Positions 20,319 through 31,042 are shown, counted from the stretch's first letter. The stretch is DNA of 64,000 bases from Cenarchaeum sp. (GCA_963693095.2 OY843768.1:1912241-1976240), one strand, 5' to 3'. Numbers and translations: made by a program. Notes: generated by a model from the letters alone, not told the origin.

Positions 20319-22121
20319 ATGGACACAGGGCGCGAGGCAGGCGATACCGGGCCACCAGGTGCTGAAAAGCGCGTGAGCCAGAGTGATGACACAGACGTCA
20401 TGTCGATCAGAACCAATGCCGTAGATATGCACAATACGGGACGCTATGAGGAGGCAATCAAAGCGTTTGAGCGCGCCGTCTCACTTGACCCGAAAAACCC
20501 CGTGATCTTTAGCAACATGGCCGCCACGCTAAATGCGCTGCGCCGCCCAAATGACGCGCTGACCGCAGCCGATACTGCCATCTCACTTGACCCAAACCAC
20601 GCCGACTCGCACAGGAACAGGGCCGCTGCGCTGCACAACATGGGACGCTATGAGGAAGCGCTGACCGCAGCCGATGACGCCCTGGCACAGGGAGCCGATG
20701 ACGCCAACCTCCACGCAAACAGGGCAGCCTCGCTAGGAGCACTTGGCCGTCACGGTGATGCCCTAAAGGAGTTTGAGCGCGCAATTGGGCTGGATCCCAA
20801 TGACTGGAATATCCACTTTTACAAGGGGGTGGCACTGGCGGCACTGGGTCGACACGCCGATGCAGCCGATGTCTTTGGCCATGCGTCAATGCTTGCGCCC
20901 GACCATGCAAGTCCCCACCGGAGCAGGGCAGTCGAGCTATGTGCCATCGATCGCCATAATGAGGCGCTGAAATCCTTTGATCGCGCAATCGCGCTGGATC
21001 CCAATGATGCGCGCTCACATGGCGGAAGAGCCGCCATCTTGGGAGATCAGGGAAATTCTGATGAAGCGCTGGAGTCCTTTGATCGCGCAATCGCGTTGAA
21101 TCCAACAGACTCAGGTGTGCACGTCGGCAAGGGTCTTGTCCTGCGCTCCCTCCGTAAGCACGATGACGCCTTGACGTCCTTTGAGCGTGCAATCGCCCTC
21201 GGTTCCACTGACGTGCGCGTGCACTTTGCCAAGAGCCTTTCCCTACGATCCCTTGGACGCAACGACGAGGCTCTCATGGCACTAGATCGCGCGATCTCCC
21301 TAGACCCAAATGACGCCATACTTTACAGGGAGAGGGCAGTTGTTCTTTATGAGCTAGACAGGCGTGATGACTCGCTGGATTCCCTTAACCACTCGATCGA
21401 GCTTGACCCCAATGACGCGATCACGCACAACCACAGGGGGGTCATTCTGCTTGAGCGTGGACTGCCCGGCGAGGCCCTGGCGTCCTTTGAGCGAATGGCC
21501 GAGATCGCCCCAGATAATGCGGATGCCCACCTTGATACGGCGCACGCGCTGCGCGACCTTGGCCGCCATGAGGAGGCACTCAAAGCGCTAGATTGCGCAG
21601 GCGAGATTGCTCCCGACCGCATAGAGACGCTCAACACTAGGGGTCATGTCCTGTACCTTCTTGGCCGCCATGAGGAAGCACTCAGGGTACTCGATCACGT
21701 CATCTCAATGAGCGAAAATGACCGACACGCGCACTTTGGAAGGGCTGCCACGCTTTATGCCCTCGGGCGCCATGGGGAGGCGCTTGTTGCCATAGATCGC
21801 GCGATCGAGCTTGATCCCAATGATGTCGAGTCGCATGCCAACAGGGCTGCCATCATGTATAAGCTTGGCCGCCATGATGACGCACGCGAGTCCTTTGAGA
21901 AAGCAAAAGAGCTAGACGCCGGCAATGCCGGCACTCGTTCGCACGCTGATAGCACACTGTCCAGGCTGATCCGGCGCGATAACTTGCGCAGCTTTGCTAC
22001 GCGCGTCGCAGAGCCAGGTAAGCCATCACAACCACGTTCTAACAAAGATTTTCCATATGATACACGTGGTGTCGGTGACCAAATGGTTGACACTGTACTA
22101 GAACTTACGCCTAGCGTCTAA
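20319..22121 (+). CDS. TPR-repeat protein
   Basis: About 15 TPR units; TATTATAT ~28 nt upstream. Confidence 0.92.
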   Translation: MDTGREAGDTGPPGAEKRVSQSDDTDVMSIRTNAVDMHNTGRYEEAIKAFERAVSLDPKNPVIFSNMAATLNALRRPNDALTAADTAISLDPNHADSHRNRAAALHNMGRYEEALTAADDALAQGADDANLHANRAASLGALGRHGDALKEFERAIGLDPNDWNIHFYKGVALAALGRHADAADVFGHASMLAPDHASPHRSRAVELCAIDRHNEALKSFDRAIALDPNDARSHGGRAAILGDQGNSDEALESFDRAIALNPTDSGVHVGKGLVLRSLRKHDDALTSFERAIALGSTDVRVHFAKSLSLRSLGRNDEALMALDRAISLDPNDAILYRERAVVLYELDRRDDSLDSLNHSIELDPNDAITHNHRGVILLERGLPGEALASFERMAEIAPDNADAHLDTAHALRDLGRHEEALKALDCAGEIAPDRIETLNTRGHVLYLLGRHEEALRVLDHVISMSENDRHAHFGRAATLYALGRHGEALVAIDRAIELDPNDVESHANRAAIMYKLGRHDDARESFEKAKELDAGNAGTRSHADSTLSRLIRRDNLRSFATRVAEPGKPSQPRSNKDFPYDTRGVGDQMVDTVLELTPSV

Positions 22122-22643
22122 AAGTCGAGGGTCGTTCACATCACGTACGCCGTCTCTAATTTTGGCGATGCGCTCACGCAGTAATCCGACATGGTCACCC
22201 AGGTCTTCGATGTTGGAAATCTGTGCATCTGCTATGGCAATCTCGGCCTCGTTTACATCGTCCAGGGACTCGGACTCTAGATATCGGCTATACTGCCTCG
22301 CAAAAATGCTCATGTTGGTGGCAAGCTGGTTCAAAACCGTGTACACGCGATGGTCATGGGACAGAGTCGTCATGTCAACAATCCGGATAAGGGCAAACTC
22401 GCATCTGTCTATCAGCTGTCCAACGGCCTTCAACGCGTCCTCATCTTCGGATTTTTGTGCGGCCTCTGCTTTGACACCTGCATTCAGCACATATACCATA
22501 AAAAAGATAGATAACAATCCGGCAATAAACATAACTATGTTCCCACCTTCCAAAAGCCAGACAGAAAACAAGGTTGCGCCAAGCGCCGACAAAAACACCA
22601 AGAGTCGCAGTCCGGGTGGACATAGGCGGGATGATCTATTCAT
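22098..22643 (-). CDS. 2-TM membrane protein of unknown function
   Basis: Two N-terminal hydrophobic helices then a helical domain; 4-nt ATGA overlap with 22640..23395. Confidence 0.7.
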   Translation of the reverse strand: MNRSSRLCPPGLRLLVFLSALGATLFSVWLLEGGNIVMFIAGLLSIFFMVYVLNAGVKAEAAQKSEDEDALKAVGQLIDRCEFALIRIVDMTTLSHDHRVYTVLNQLATNMSIFARQYSRYLESESLDDVNEAEIAIADAQISNIEDLGDHVGLLRERIAKIRDGVRDVNDPRLLDARRKF

Positions 22644-23395
22644 TGCCCCACTACCTGCCTTAGATGCTGCACGTGTTCAAAGACGTCTTTGGTCAATCTC
22701 TTGCCATATCGAGGATTTCTCCGCTCCATGTACTTCACAAAGTCATGACTAGAGAGAATCGTGCCCGTCTTGCGTAGCGCAAACGTGGCCACGTGAAGCC
22801 AGTCAGAGCTCTTGTCTCTAACGATGTCAAGAAACGCTTGCAAGGCCATGTCTCTGACATCAAACAGATTTTGGTTTGTAGTGGCCAGTCTGCGTCGGTA
22901 CAGGTCGACGGCCATGTCAACAGAAAAAGCACCACTGGCCAAAAATCCAAATTTATACTCAAATGGAATTCCAAGCTGCTGCGCAATGTATGCGCATTTT
23001 TGGATCTTACGCTGTGTGACTGATGAATCGATAGTCTCATCTTCTTGCAGTATCTTGTTCTGGTACAAAAAGTCAACAAAACCAAATAGATGACTAATGC
23101 GCTCTACGCGCACTACACCAGCTCCCGCACGGGCTTGTTCTGTCGGAGATCGGAGTTTGTGTAAATGTGATACATGAAATTCGTCCCTGTGAAGCCGCGC
23201 AGCACGCAACGCTCGTAAATGTGATTCTGCAAGATCGATCTGAGCGGGAGGATCAAACCTCTGCCTAGAGTCCGAGTATCCAAGTGTCCGGATTTGCAGG
23301 TTTTCATACCAGTCTGAGAGGCGACTAGAGATCGTTGATGGGTCATCTGATTTTGATGTAGTGCGCCTCTCTGCTACCGACTCCCTCAACGCCAT
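22640..23395 (-). CDS. YwgA/Panacea(SocA)-like antitoxin-domain protein
   Basis: KIQKCAYIAQQLGIPFEYKFGFLASGAFSVDMAVDLY resembles QKLxY...YxF.....GPYS.EL..DL. Confidence 0.55.
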   Translation of the reverse strand: MALRESVAERRTTSKSDDPSTISSRLSDWYENLQIRTLGYSDSRQRFDPPAQIDLAESHLRALRAARLHRDEFHVSHLHKLRSPTEQARAGAGVVRVERISHLFGFVDFLYQNKILQEDETIDSSVTQRKIQKCAYIAQQLGIPFEYKFGFLASGAFSVDMAVDLYRRRLATTNQNLFDVRDMALQAFLDIVRDKSSDWLHVATFALRKTGTILSSHDFVKYMERRNPRYGKRLTKDVFEHVQHLRQVVGQ

Positions 23396-23998
23396 TACCC
23401 TAACCCTCCACAGGTGTTTAATAAAAAACTTTTGTTAATATGCGGCATATGGGGCCAGCTCTGCCCCCTCATGAACCTGGCACGATGCGCAGCGACATGC
23501 CCGCAGGATCAGGATCGTGCTGCATCGGCGGGCTATTTTTCAGCGGCCTTGGTTCCCACCTGGTCACTTTCATGCCCGGCAACATGGGAAAGTGATGTCC
23601 TCCCGGGGCTGCGTTCCCCGCCTTTGCAGTCATTGCGGGGTTGCCAACGCGCTGATCCAGGGACGTTGAGCTCATTCGTCCATGTTCCATAGGCTTTACC
23701 GTGTCCCCCGGAATCCATTCGTGGACGAGCCTGTTTGATTTAGGTGTACGCGCGAATGTCTAATGCCCTGATGGGATGACTTGGTAACAATAGCAGGCAC
23801 TAGGTGCCTACATTCGGGCACAAGCACATGCATTTCTCTGTCCCAGCTTGTTCAGTGCAGGAGCCTGGACACGCCTTGCTCTAGATGTGTGATGGGTTGA
23901 TCTTTGCCGTTACTGCCAGATCCACCGTCAGGCTCTCGTCCATGGCACATTCTCGCCAATCGTACTATTTTTATAGGGCAACGCCGTCTAGCGCAGAT

Positions 23999-25669
23999 AT
24001 GAAACGACGGGCAACACGCGCTCCGGATACTGCCACTGATGACAGGGAGTTGTCATCTGGTGCTGCGGCCTCTGATGATCGTGCGCTAGTGCTAAATCCT
24101 TCAGCCGTGACGCCTGCCGTAAACGAGGCCATGGAGCTGTATCGCATGGGGAAAAAGAAGGATGCGCTAAAGGGCTTTGAGCGCGCGTTCGAGCTAGATC
24201 CTACCGACATTGCCTCACTCAACAACATTAGCGTAATCCAGTGCGAGCAGGGGCGCTATGAGGAGGCTCTTGCGTCATCAGAGCGCGCACTGGGCCTTGA
24301 TCAGGATCACGCCAGATCGCACAGGGTACGGTCCATGGTGCTGTACCGCCTGGGCAGACATGCCGAGACTCTTGACTCCATTGATCGCGCCATGTCGCTT
24401 GGCGACAATGACGCGCATGTGCACTTTGACAGGGGTCTTGCCCTATTCATGCTCAAACGTCTAGAGGAGGCACTCGACGAGTTTGAGCGAGCAATAAAGA
24501 TTGCCCCCAATGACATCGAGCCGCGTCGATACAGGTCAAAATGCCTGCTAGAACTTCATCGCTATGATGATGCTCTAAAGTCACTGGATCGAGAGATTGC
24601 CCTTGAACCAAACTCCGAGTCATATGTGAACAGGGCTACCACGCTTGGAAATCTAGGCCGCCATGCCGAGGCGATCAAGGCTTTTGATGTGGCGATCAAG
24701 GCTTTTGATGTGGCGAACTCCCCTGATATCAATAAGGCAAAATTGCACTTTAACAAGAGCATTGCCCAGACGCGCATGAACCTTCATGACGGCGCGCTAG
24801 CCTCACTAGACAGGACAATAGAGCTCGATCCCGCCTATGTGGACGCTTATCTAAACCGCGGCTACACGTTATCACAGCTTGATCGACTAGACGATGCCCT
24901 GGCATCTATCAGGCGCGCCGGAGAGCTGGATCCTGACAACCCCCGCGCTCCGTTTCACATGGGCCTGACACTCTCAAAGCTGGGTCGCTATGCCGATGCA
25001 TTAGGGTGCTTTGATCGTGCGGCAGCACTTGATTTGAACAACTCTGCTGTGCATGAGTCCCGCGCCCGCGTGCTTTTTAAGCTTGGCCGTCACGCTGATG
25101 CGTTTGGCGCAATTGACAGGGCGATTGCGGCAAATCCTGGTGATGGTGGACTGTACGTGGGTCAAGGCGCCATGCTTGCTAGTCTTGGTCGCCACGCCGA
25201 TTCGCTGGCTTCATTTGATCGTGCAATCGAGCTGGCTCCCAATGACGCTGGAATACACAGTGATCGTGGCCTTGCCCTGTACAACCTTGGTCGCTACGCC
25301 GAGGCACTAGAGTCATACACCCATGCGGCCTCGCTCGTGCCGAGCGGCTCTGTATTCCGCTTTAACGTTGGTACTGCCCTGCGAGCCCTCGGCCGCCACG
25401 CCGAGGCACTCGCTGCCTTTGAGCAGGCAGCCAAGCTTGATCCGTCTGACTCCTCCCCCTTCAACAACCAGGGGGCCGTGCTGTGTGAGATGGGCCGCTA
25501 TTCTGAGGCGGTGGTGGCATTTGAGCGCGCCATCGAGCTGGATCCCAGCAAGGCCATGGTTCATGCTGGAAAAGGCTATGCGCTGCAAGAGATGGGCCGC
25601 CACGCCGAGGCGCTAGCGTCCTTTGAGCGCGCGATCGAGATTGATCCCACACTGCCCCTGCCTCTATAG
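23999..25669 (+). CDS. TPR-repeat protein
   Basis: About 15 TPR units; 21-bp tandem duplication (AIKAFDV x2) at ~24670; TTTTATAG ~28 nt upstream of ATG 23999. Confidence 0.92.
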   Translation: MKRRATRAPDTATDDRELSSGAAASDDRALVLNPSAVTPAVNEAMELYRMGKKKDALKGFERAFELDPTDIASLNNISVIQCEQGRYEEALASSERALGLDQDHARSHRVRSMVLYRLGRHAETLDSIDRAMSLGDNDAHVHFDRGLALFMLKRLEEALDEFERAIKIAPNDIEPRRYRSKCLLELHRYDDALKSLDREIALEPNSESYVNRATTLGNLGRHAEAIKAFDVAIKAFDVANSPDINKAKLHFNKSIAQTRMNLHDGALASLDRTIELDPAYVDAYLNRGYTLSQLDRLDDALASIRRAGELDPDNPRAPFHMGLTLSKLGRYADALGCFDRAAALDLNNSAVHESRARVLFKLGRHADAFGAIDRAIAANPGDGGLYVGQGAMLASLGRHADSLASFDRAIELAPNDAGIHSDRGLALYNLGRYAEALESYTHAASLVPSGSVFRFNVGTALRALGRHAEALAAFEQAAKLDPSDSSPFNNQGAVLCEMGRYSEAVVAFERAIELDPSKAMVHAGKGYALQEMGRHAEALASFERAIEIDPTLPLPL

Positions 25670-25756
25670 CGTTGCCCACACGGTGTTCCATGGCCTCATC
25701 GATCCATGCGTTGCGCAAAAACTAGCGCACGCTAGGCCTGCTTGACAATGGCCTCC

Positions 25757-27007
25757 TTATGGGATTCTGCGCATCATGACTTTTTGGCCAACTTCGTTCA
25801 ATATCTGATCTAGTGATGGAACGTTCAATATCTGGTTCACGAGATGACTTGCGCCCTTTTCTGCCATTTTGTACACTAGATTCCACCCCAGTGATGCTGT
25901 TCCTGCAGTTCCGCCATACGTGCCTGGCCGATCACGGGTTGTCGGGCCTGATGGCGCATCATCAAAACTTGCGACTAGCGTCATGCCAAATCCGCCCTCT
26001 GTTCCTGTTCCCTCGTTTACTAGCATAAACTTGACATAATCCTCCATGGTCAGCTTCCATCCGTTGTCTTCATAACGCGCCTCACACCTCTTTGGCCCCT
26101 CATAGCACCGCAGAAATTTGCTGTTTGTGCAATAAATTGCCTTGTCTTGTATGTGTGAGCTGACAACCACGTCCACTCCGCGAAATTCCCGCATTCCGCA
26201 AATTTTCTTATCTAGAACATACCTGCCTTGTGGCATGCTGATTTTATTCATTGCTCCGTTAACCCAAAATTGGTTGTATGTGCGTGGCCCCATCATGATC
26301 AAATCTATCGGCGTCGTGTGCTTTGCTTGATATTTATCCATTTTTTGTCCCAACTCTGCAAACGCATTGAACCCATGACCCATGTGTATTATACCCTGAA
26401 AGTTTTGTATTCCCCCCAATGCCATGACGGCCTCTTCATTGCGTTGTCTCCAAAGATCTAAACATGCCATGCCTGACATTTCTCTCACTATGTCGTCTGA
26501 TGACCTGTGGCCGTTCGGGTCTGGAACGAATTGTACGTTGCGCATCGCGTTCATCCTTATTATCGCATCGTGGAATTCTATTGGACCGAGGCTGCCTGTC
26601 CTAATCGTGGGATTAAAAAATTTCATTCTAGTCTCTATCTGGCTCCGTCCGTACGGCGTAAATGCCTCTGTTGCTCCAAACATCCCTCTTCGTTCTTTTA
26701 GCATCTCTTTAGTTAGGTTTATCACTATGACTAGATCCTTTCTTGCTCTTTTCGAAGCGCCTACCCACGGCTTGTCATTATTGGTGTGATCTATGGGCCG
26801 CCCTCCAAAGCCAAACCCCTGACCCGGCCAAATTCTTCCATCATGAAGGGCGTATGCGCTACACACGTTACTCTCCTCGCTATTCCTGCAGACGTTCCAG
26901 GGGTTGTGCTTGGCAAACATGGCATCAAACGTAGGATAGGGCATCCATTCAGATCGATCATTGCCCGCATCTTGCGATCCGTCTTCATCCGCCATCATGG
27001 CCATCAT
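25757..27007 (-). CDS. Stand-alone major capsid protein-like protein
   Basis: ACLDLWRQRNEEAVMAL helix, PIDLIMMGPRTYNQFW, FRGVDVVVSSHI, LRCYEGP, C-terminal FGMTLV; parallels 47691..48950. Confidence 0.6.
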   Translation of the reverse strand: MMAMMADEDGSQDAGNDRSEWMPYPTFDAMFAKHNPWNVCRNSEESNVCSAYALHDGRIWPGQGFGFGGRPIDHTNNDKPWVGASKRARKDLVIVINLTKEMLKERRGMFGATEAFTPYGRSQIETRMKFFNPTIRTGSLGPIEFHDAIIRMNAMRNVQFVPDPNGHRSSDDIVREMSGMACLDLWRQRNEEAVMALGGIQNFQGIIHMGHGFNAFAELGQKMDKYQAKHTTPIDLIMMGPRTYNQFWVNGAMNKISMPQGRYVLDKKICGMREFRGVDVVVSSHIQDKAIYCTNSKFLRCYEGPKRCEARYEDNGWKLTMEDYVKFMLVNEGTGTEGGFGMTLVASFDDAPSGPTTRDRPGTYGGTAGTASLGWNLVYKMAEKGASHLVNQILNVPSLDQILNEVGQKVMMRRIP

Positions 27008-27099
27008 TATTCATATATTATTTATGTGTACTACCATTTCTGGTCGTTGATCATGCGCCTGACAGGGCCGACGACCCTGGCGACCAGTCACCCGTTGAC

Positions 27100-27315
27100 T
27101 TGGGCGCAGACACTGACACTTTTGAATATGGGCACACAGTTGAGGAATATGAGGATGAACCGGCCAATGAAAGCATATGTGGAAAATTCGGCCCAATGTC
27201 AGACTCTGCACCAATTCCACATCCCCAAAAGAACCTCTTGAAAATTCTAAGCGGAGCTGCCGCTGTTGTCATAATACTAGTTGGCGTTCTCTATATCTCT
27301 ACATTTTTTAGGTAA
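27100..27315 (+). CDS. Small acidic tail-anchored protein
   Basis: C-terminal TM; degenerate homologue of its 3' end at ~33430-33510. Confidence 0.45.
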   Translation: MGADTDTFEYGHTVEEYEDEPANESICGKFGPMSDSAPIPHPQKNLLKILSGAAAVVIILVGVLYISTFFR

Positions 27316-27396
27316 TTACTAGATCTGGACAAAAACAGGAGTTTATGTAACTGTGACTATTTGATGCCAATTATGCAACGTGGTGTTTTTGAGAAT

Positions 27397-28068
27397 TTAG
27401 CTAACGGTTTTGGGCTTGTCATTTTTTGCTTGGTCTAATTTTTCTTCTAGTCTTTGTGTGCGCTGCTCAGATTTTTTTGGTTCTTCAAAACAATAATTGA
27501 ATAGTGTCTCTAATATATCTAATGTCCATTCTGCCTCGTCCTTGTTGATCTCTACAATTAATCCTGTTTGGGCGTCGTGTTCAGGATGCAATGCCAAATT
27601 TCCAATACCTCTCACCTTGTCTAGGCCTTTTACTATGTGCTCTGGCAAATTCTTTTCGTTGACCAATTCTTGAATTTCGTCATAAAGGCTGTTTTTTTCA
27701 ATTTTAAAATGTTCACGTATTGTCATCTGCAAACATCGCCTTGCCAACGCTGCACTTGCAGAAGGACTGTATCCTAACACATTTCCTGCTTCTTCGTAGG
27801 CTGAATTAATGGCCGGGGGGACATATTCGAACTTTCTTCTTGATTGTGCGTGTGGAATTATGAATGTTTGGGATATGACTAGACCATGTTCCATTTTTCT
27901 CAATCTCATTATAAGGCGTAAACAATTAAGATTCTGACAATAGCCATGGTCTACATAGTAGAATGCCTCACCTGCATTCTGTTTCTCATACATCATGCTG
28001 GGCTTCAGTTTGCTAAATTCAACTGCAGAGCTAGTTAAACAGTGTGGGCATTGTATGGGCTCTTCCAT
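27397..28068 (-). CDS. Zn-finger + DUF4145 (HEPN-like) protein
   Basis: CPHC...CQNLNC; SPSASAALARRCLQ; VRGIGNLALH. Confidence 0.88.
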   Translation of the reverse strand: MEEPIQCPHCLTSSAVEFSKLKPSMMYEKQNAGEAFYYVDHGYCQNLNCLRLIMRLRKMEHGLVISQTFIIPHAQSRRKFEYVPPAINSAYEEAGNVLGYSPSASAALARRCLQMTIREHFKIEKNSLYDEIQELVNEKNLPEHIVKGLDKVRGIGNLALHPEHDAQTGLIVEINKDEAEWTLDILETLFNYCFEEPKKSEQRTQRLEEKLDQAKNDKPKTVS

Positions 28069-28117
28069 ATTGCCACACGAGGACTGGTCATTATTTATCT
28101 CTATCAATATCGGTACG

Positions 28118-28610
28118 GTATAAGGTCAGCACCCCTGCCCATTTAGTCAAATGGGCGCGATCCTACCGATCCATTTACCGCGGAGCCGCCCGCCCTGGCA
28201 TGGCGGGCCGACGGGGCGGGAACCTGGGCCACGTGGTGGCGGAGCTCAGCGGCAGGCTCATGGCCGTGGAGGAGCGGGCAAGGGAGCGCGACCTGCGGAT
28301 CAGGGAGATGCAGAAGAGGGTTGCCGGGCTGGAGGCGGCCGTCGAGGCACGGGACGCGAGGATCGCCGGGCTGGAGGCGGAGAACGACACCATGAGGCGC
28401 ACGCTGTCGTACTGCCAGAACGCCAACACGCCGCCGTCGTCGGCGTTGCCGGGGCACAAGAGGAGGAAGCGCAAGGTGCGGCGCGCGAGGGAGCGCGGCG
28501 AGCTCCCGCCGCACGGGATGCCCGGCGGCAGGCCCGGCCACCGCGGCACGTCGCGCCGGCACGCGCCGACCGAGGAGGTCATGCGCGCGGTCTGGGTGCT
28601 GACCTCATAC
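28118..28610 (+). mobile_element. Internally deleted non-autonomous IS66-family element
   Basis: TIRs GTATAAGGTCAGCACC / GGTGCTGACCTCATAC; transposase N-terminus (NANTPPSS, PGGRPGHRG) joined directly to right end. Confidence 0.85.
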
Positions 28611-28794
28611 GATACGGCTTTGTCCACGAATACGCGGGGGCGACTGCTCCGGGGCTACAATGGCGTGAAATTTCGGCTCCTCGCGCTGGCGTGTCAATTT
28701 CACTCATGATCTATAAGCCTTGCTATGCCCTTCAGGATTCGTATAGCCAGTATGCACCAAAATGTTTAAATAATCTTCCATTGCTACTTGGGAT

Positions 28795-29493
28795 GTGAAA
28801 ATCGAGTATGTCGTTTTGATCATCGGTGCAGCCCTTGTGATCATACCCCGTCTTGCCAAAGCTTTCGAATCTAGCGAGACGTCAACAGATCTCCGGGATA
28901 GTGACCTGCCAAACGGGCGTGGCCGTGGCGACAGGGTATCGACAATGCCCGAGCGTGCCACTCCGGCGGATCTTGACAGCTCTGAGACATGTATTGCTCG
29001 TGCCCATGATCTCTTTGGCAAGGGACGTGGTTCTGATGCGCTACGCATCCTTGATGATGCTATCAGTCGGAATCCTGACAATGCCAAGCTGCATATTGCC
29101 TTGGGCATAATGTTGCACAAGTTCTGCCACCCCAAGCATGCCCTAGTCTACTTTGAGCGGGCCATTGAGCTAGACCAGGGTGCAGCTGACGCGCACGCAG
29201 GTAGGGCCTATATCCTGTATAATTTTGCGCTGTATGGTGAGACGTGTGATTCAGTTGTGCCCTATGAAGAGGTATATGACTCACTTGAGCGCGCTAAAGA
29301 GTTTGGATGCAATGACGCAAAGTTGTACCGTCATATTGGGCTGACTTTGGAGTTTCTTGCTAGGAAACACCCCAGTTTGTCCACTGGATTTCGGGTGATC
29401 GCGATTGAATCGCTCCAACGCGCCCTTGATCTCGATAGGCACCACTTTGACACGCAATGCGCCCTCAAGCATGTCAAAGGGCGCCTAGCGTGA
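28795..29493 (+). CDS. Membrane-anchored TPR protein
   Basis: N-terminal hydrophobic helix, 3-4 TPRs. Confidence 0.8.
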   Translation: MKIEYVVLIIGAALVIIPRLAKAFESSETSTDLRDSDLPNGRGRGDRVSTMPERATPADLDSSETCIARAHDLFGKGRGSDALRILDDAISRNPDNAKLHIALGIMLHKFCHPKHALVYFERAIELDQGAADAHAGRAYILYNFALYGETCDSVVPYEEVYDSLERAKEFGCNDAKLYRHIGLTLEFLARKHPSLSTGFRVIAIESLQRALDLDRHHFDTQCALKHVKGRLA

Positions 29494-29511
29494 CATTGCA
29501 TATAGTGTGAC

Positions 29512-29676
29512 TCAGCTGCTGTCCTTGCCGCACCTGTTCTCTATATAGTTGGCCATTGCCGCGCACCACACTAGCACGATCTGCGCGTCGTTGTGATCCA
29601 CCGCGTACTCTGATTCTGTCGCAGCGTGACGCGCACCGCTCTTGTTGCTAAAGTCGCACATCTTTTTAATTGCCTC
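29512..29676 (-). pseudogene. C-terminal fragment of an AbiJ-type HEPN-like protein (not in ORF track)
   Basis: Manual translation EAIKKMCDFSNKSGARHAATESEYAVDHNDAQIVLVWCAAMANYI resembles LY.Y.S...GIRHA.....D..DA.F.LV.C.A..NY. Confidence 0.5.
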
Positions 29677-29791
29677 TTATTTTTGGATGTAATCTACAAA
29701 TTTGTCCACAATAATTCTGACAACTTTAAAAAATATTTTGATATTTTAAAATACTATAATATTTATAAAATATAATTTTAGAAAATCTAGA

Positions 29792-31042
29792 TTAAATTAT
29801 CAAAGCCCAATTATTCTCATAAAAAGTTATGTCATTATCAGGTATATCGAAGAAAAACTTATTGTTTTTTTGGATTATATTAATTGCAAATTTTTCGGGG
29901 TTTTTATCCTGTGATTTGTACTTGCCTGAAACATATTCGTTAATTTTGCTATAGGGCACAATCAAAAAATTCTCATGGGGAGGATCTGTGTTTGCTGAAC
30001 GCAGAACAAATACATAAAATGTGCTCCCGGATGCAGTTCGCTCAAAGGCTCTTTTGGGTAGATAAAACGTATATTTCTCAGTAGATGATGTTGATGTTTT
30101 GACTTGTATGTGATAATAATTTCTATTGTCTTTTGTGACAATCAAATCAATTCCTGCATCAAGGGCGGGTATGCTTACACTGTATTCTAAAAATGAAAGC
30201 TTGCCTGCAACCAAATACTCTCCACCCTTTCCAACATAGGTTGTGCTCAGTGAGCTGCCGGGTGGTTTTTCTGGAAGTGCGCGTGTGGGCGGCTCCGAAC
30301 TCGCGGCCTCTGCCGGCTCGGCAGCGGTGGGCTTGCCGGGGGGTGCGCGTGTGGGCGGCTCCGAACTCGCGGCCTCTGCCGGCTCGGCAGCGGTGGGCTT
30401 GCCGGGGGGTGCGCGTGTGGGCGGCTCCGAACTCGCGGCCTCTGCCGGCTCGGCAGCGGTGGGCTTGCCGGGGGGTGCGCGTGTGGTATGCGCAATGGTG
30501 TTGCTCGCAGACGCTTTATGCAAAAGTGGGTGGTTTGGATTGAGCTTATAATATCCTGTTTGTGCCGCAATAAACACAGAGTCATTACCATGCAGCCGTA
30601 TATCGCTATGCAGTATAGCGCCCATGCAGCTATGAATAGTGCTTTCTCTGAGCATAATCATCCTTTCAGTCATTGCAGACTCTGCAATTTTTGTAAAATG
30701 CATTGGTGTTGCTGCTGTCTGTAGTATTTTGATCGCAGCATTTCGAAACGCTAATACAATGGGCGAGGTTTTATCTGGGACGATGCTGACCTGATTTACG
30801 GGACAGTCGGGGTTGATGGCATAATATCCGGTTTTCGGTGATTTGAAAGCAGAAAGTTTGGCATATTGCATAATGTCGCTGTGAAGGATTGCGCCCATGC
30901 AGTTGTGAATAGTATTCTCGTCCAATTTGATCAATCTCAACTCTAGCGCCATCTCTGCAATCTTATTAAAATGTAGTGGCTCTGCGCTCTCTTGAAGAAT
31001 TTGGATTGCGGCATTATTGAATGCCTTTATTTGAGTCAACAC
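29792..31042 (-). CDS. Two HARE-HTH-like domains + PD-(D/E)xK nuclease
   Basis: Duplicated AF.NAAI.ILQ....P.HF.KIAE.A...CMGAILHSDI...F.....GYY.N; C-terminal GKGGEYLV...DAGIDLIV...IQVKT. Confidence 0.8.
   Translation of the reverse strand: MLTQIKAFNNAAIQILQESAEPLHFNKIAEMALELRLIKLDENTIHNCMGAILHSDIMQYAKLSAFKSPKTGYYAINPDCPVNQVSIVPDKTSPIVLAFRNAAIKILQTAATPMHFTKIAESAMTERMIMLRESTIHSCMGAILHSDIRLHGNDSVFIAAQTGYYKLNPNHPLLHKASASNTIAHTTRAPPGKPTAAEPAEAASSEPPTRAPPGKPTAAEPAEAASSEPPTRAPPGKPTAAEPAEAASSEPPTRALPEKPPGSSLSTTYVGKGGEYLVAGKLSFLEYSVSIPALDAGIDLIVTKDNRNYYHIQVKTSTSSTEKYTFYLPKRAFERTASGSTFYVFVLRSANTDPPHENFLIVPYSKINEYVSGKYKSQDKNPEKFAINIIQKNNKFFFDIPDNDITFYENNWALII
30277..30486. repeat. 66-bp tandem repeat x3 (TRAPPGKPTAAEPAEAASSEPP linker)
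   Basis: Units start at 30277, 30343, 30409; partial at 30475. Confidence 0.95.

Noticed and set aside
29680-29800. Very AT-rich stretch as replication origin
   Set aside because: No ORB repeats or cdc6 gene; probably a foreign intergenic region or terminator
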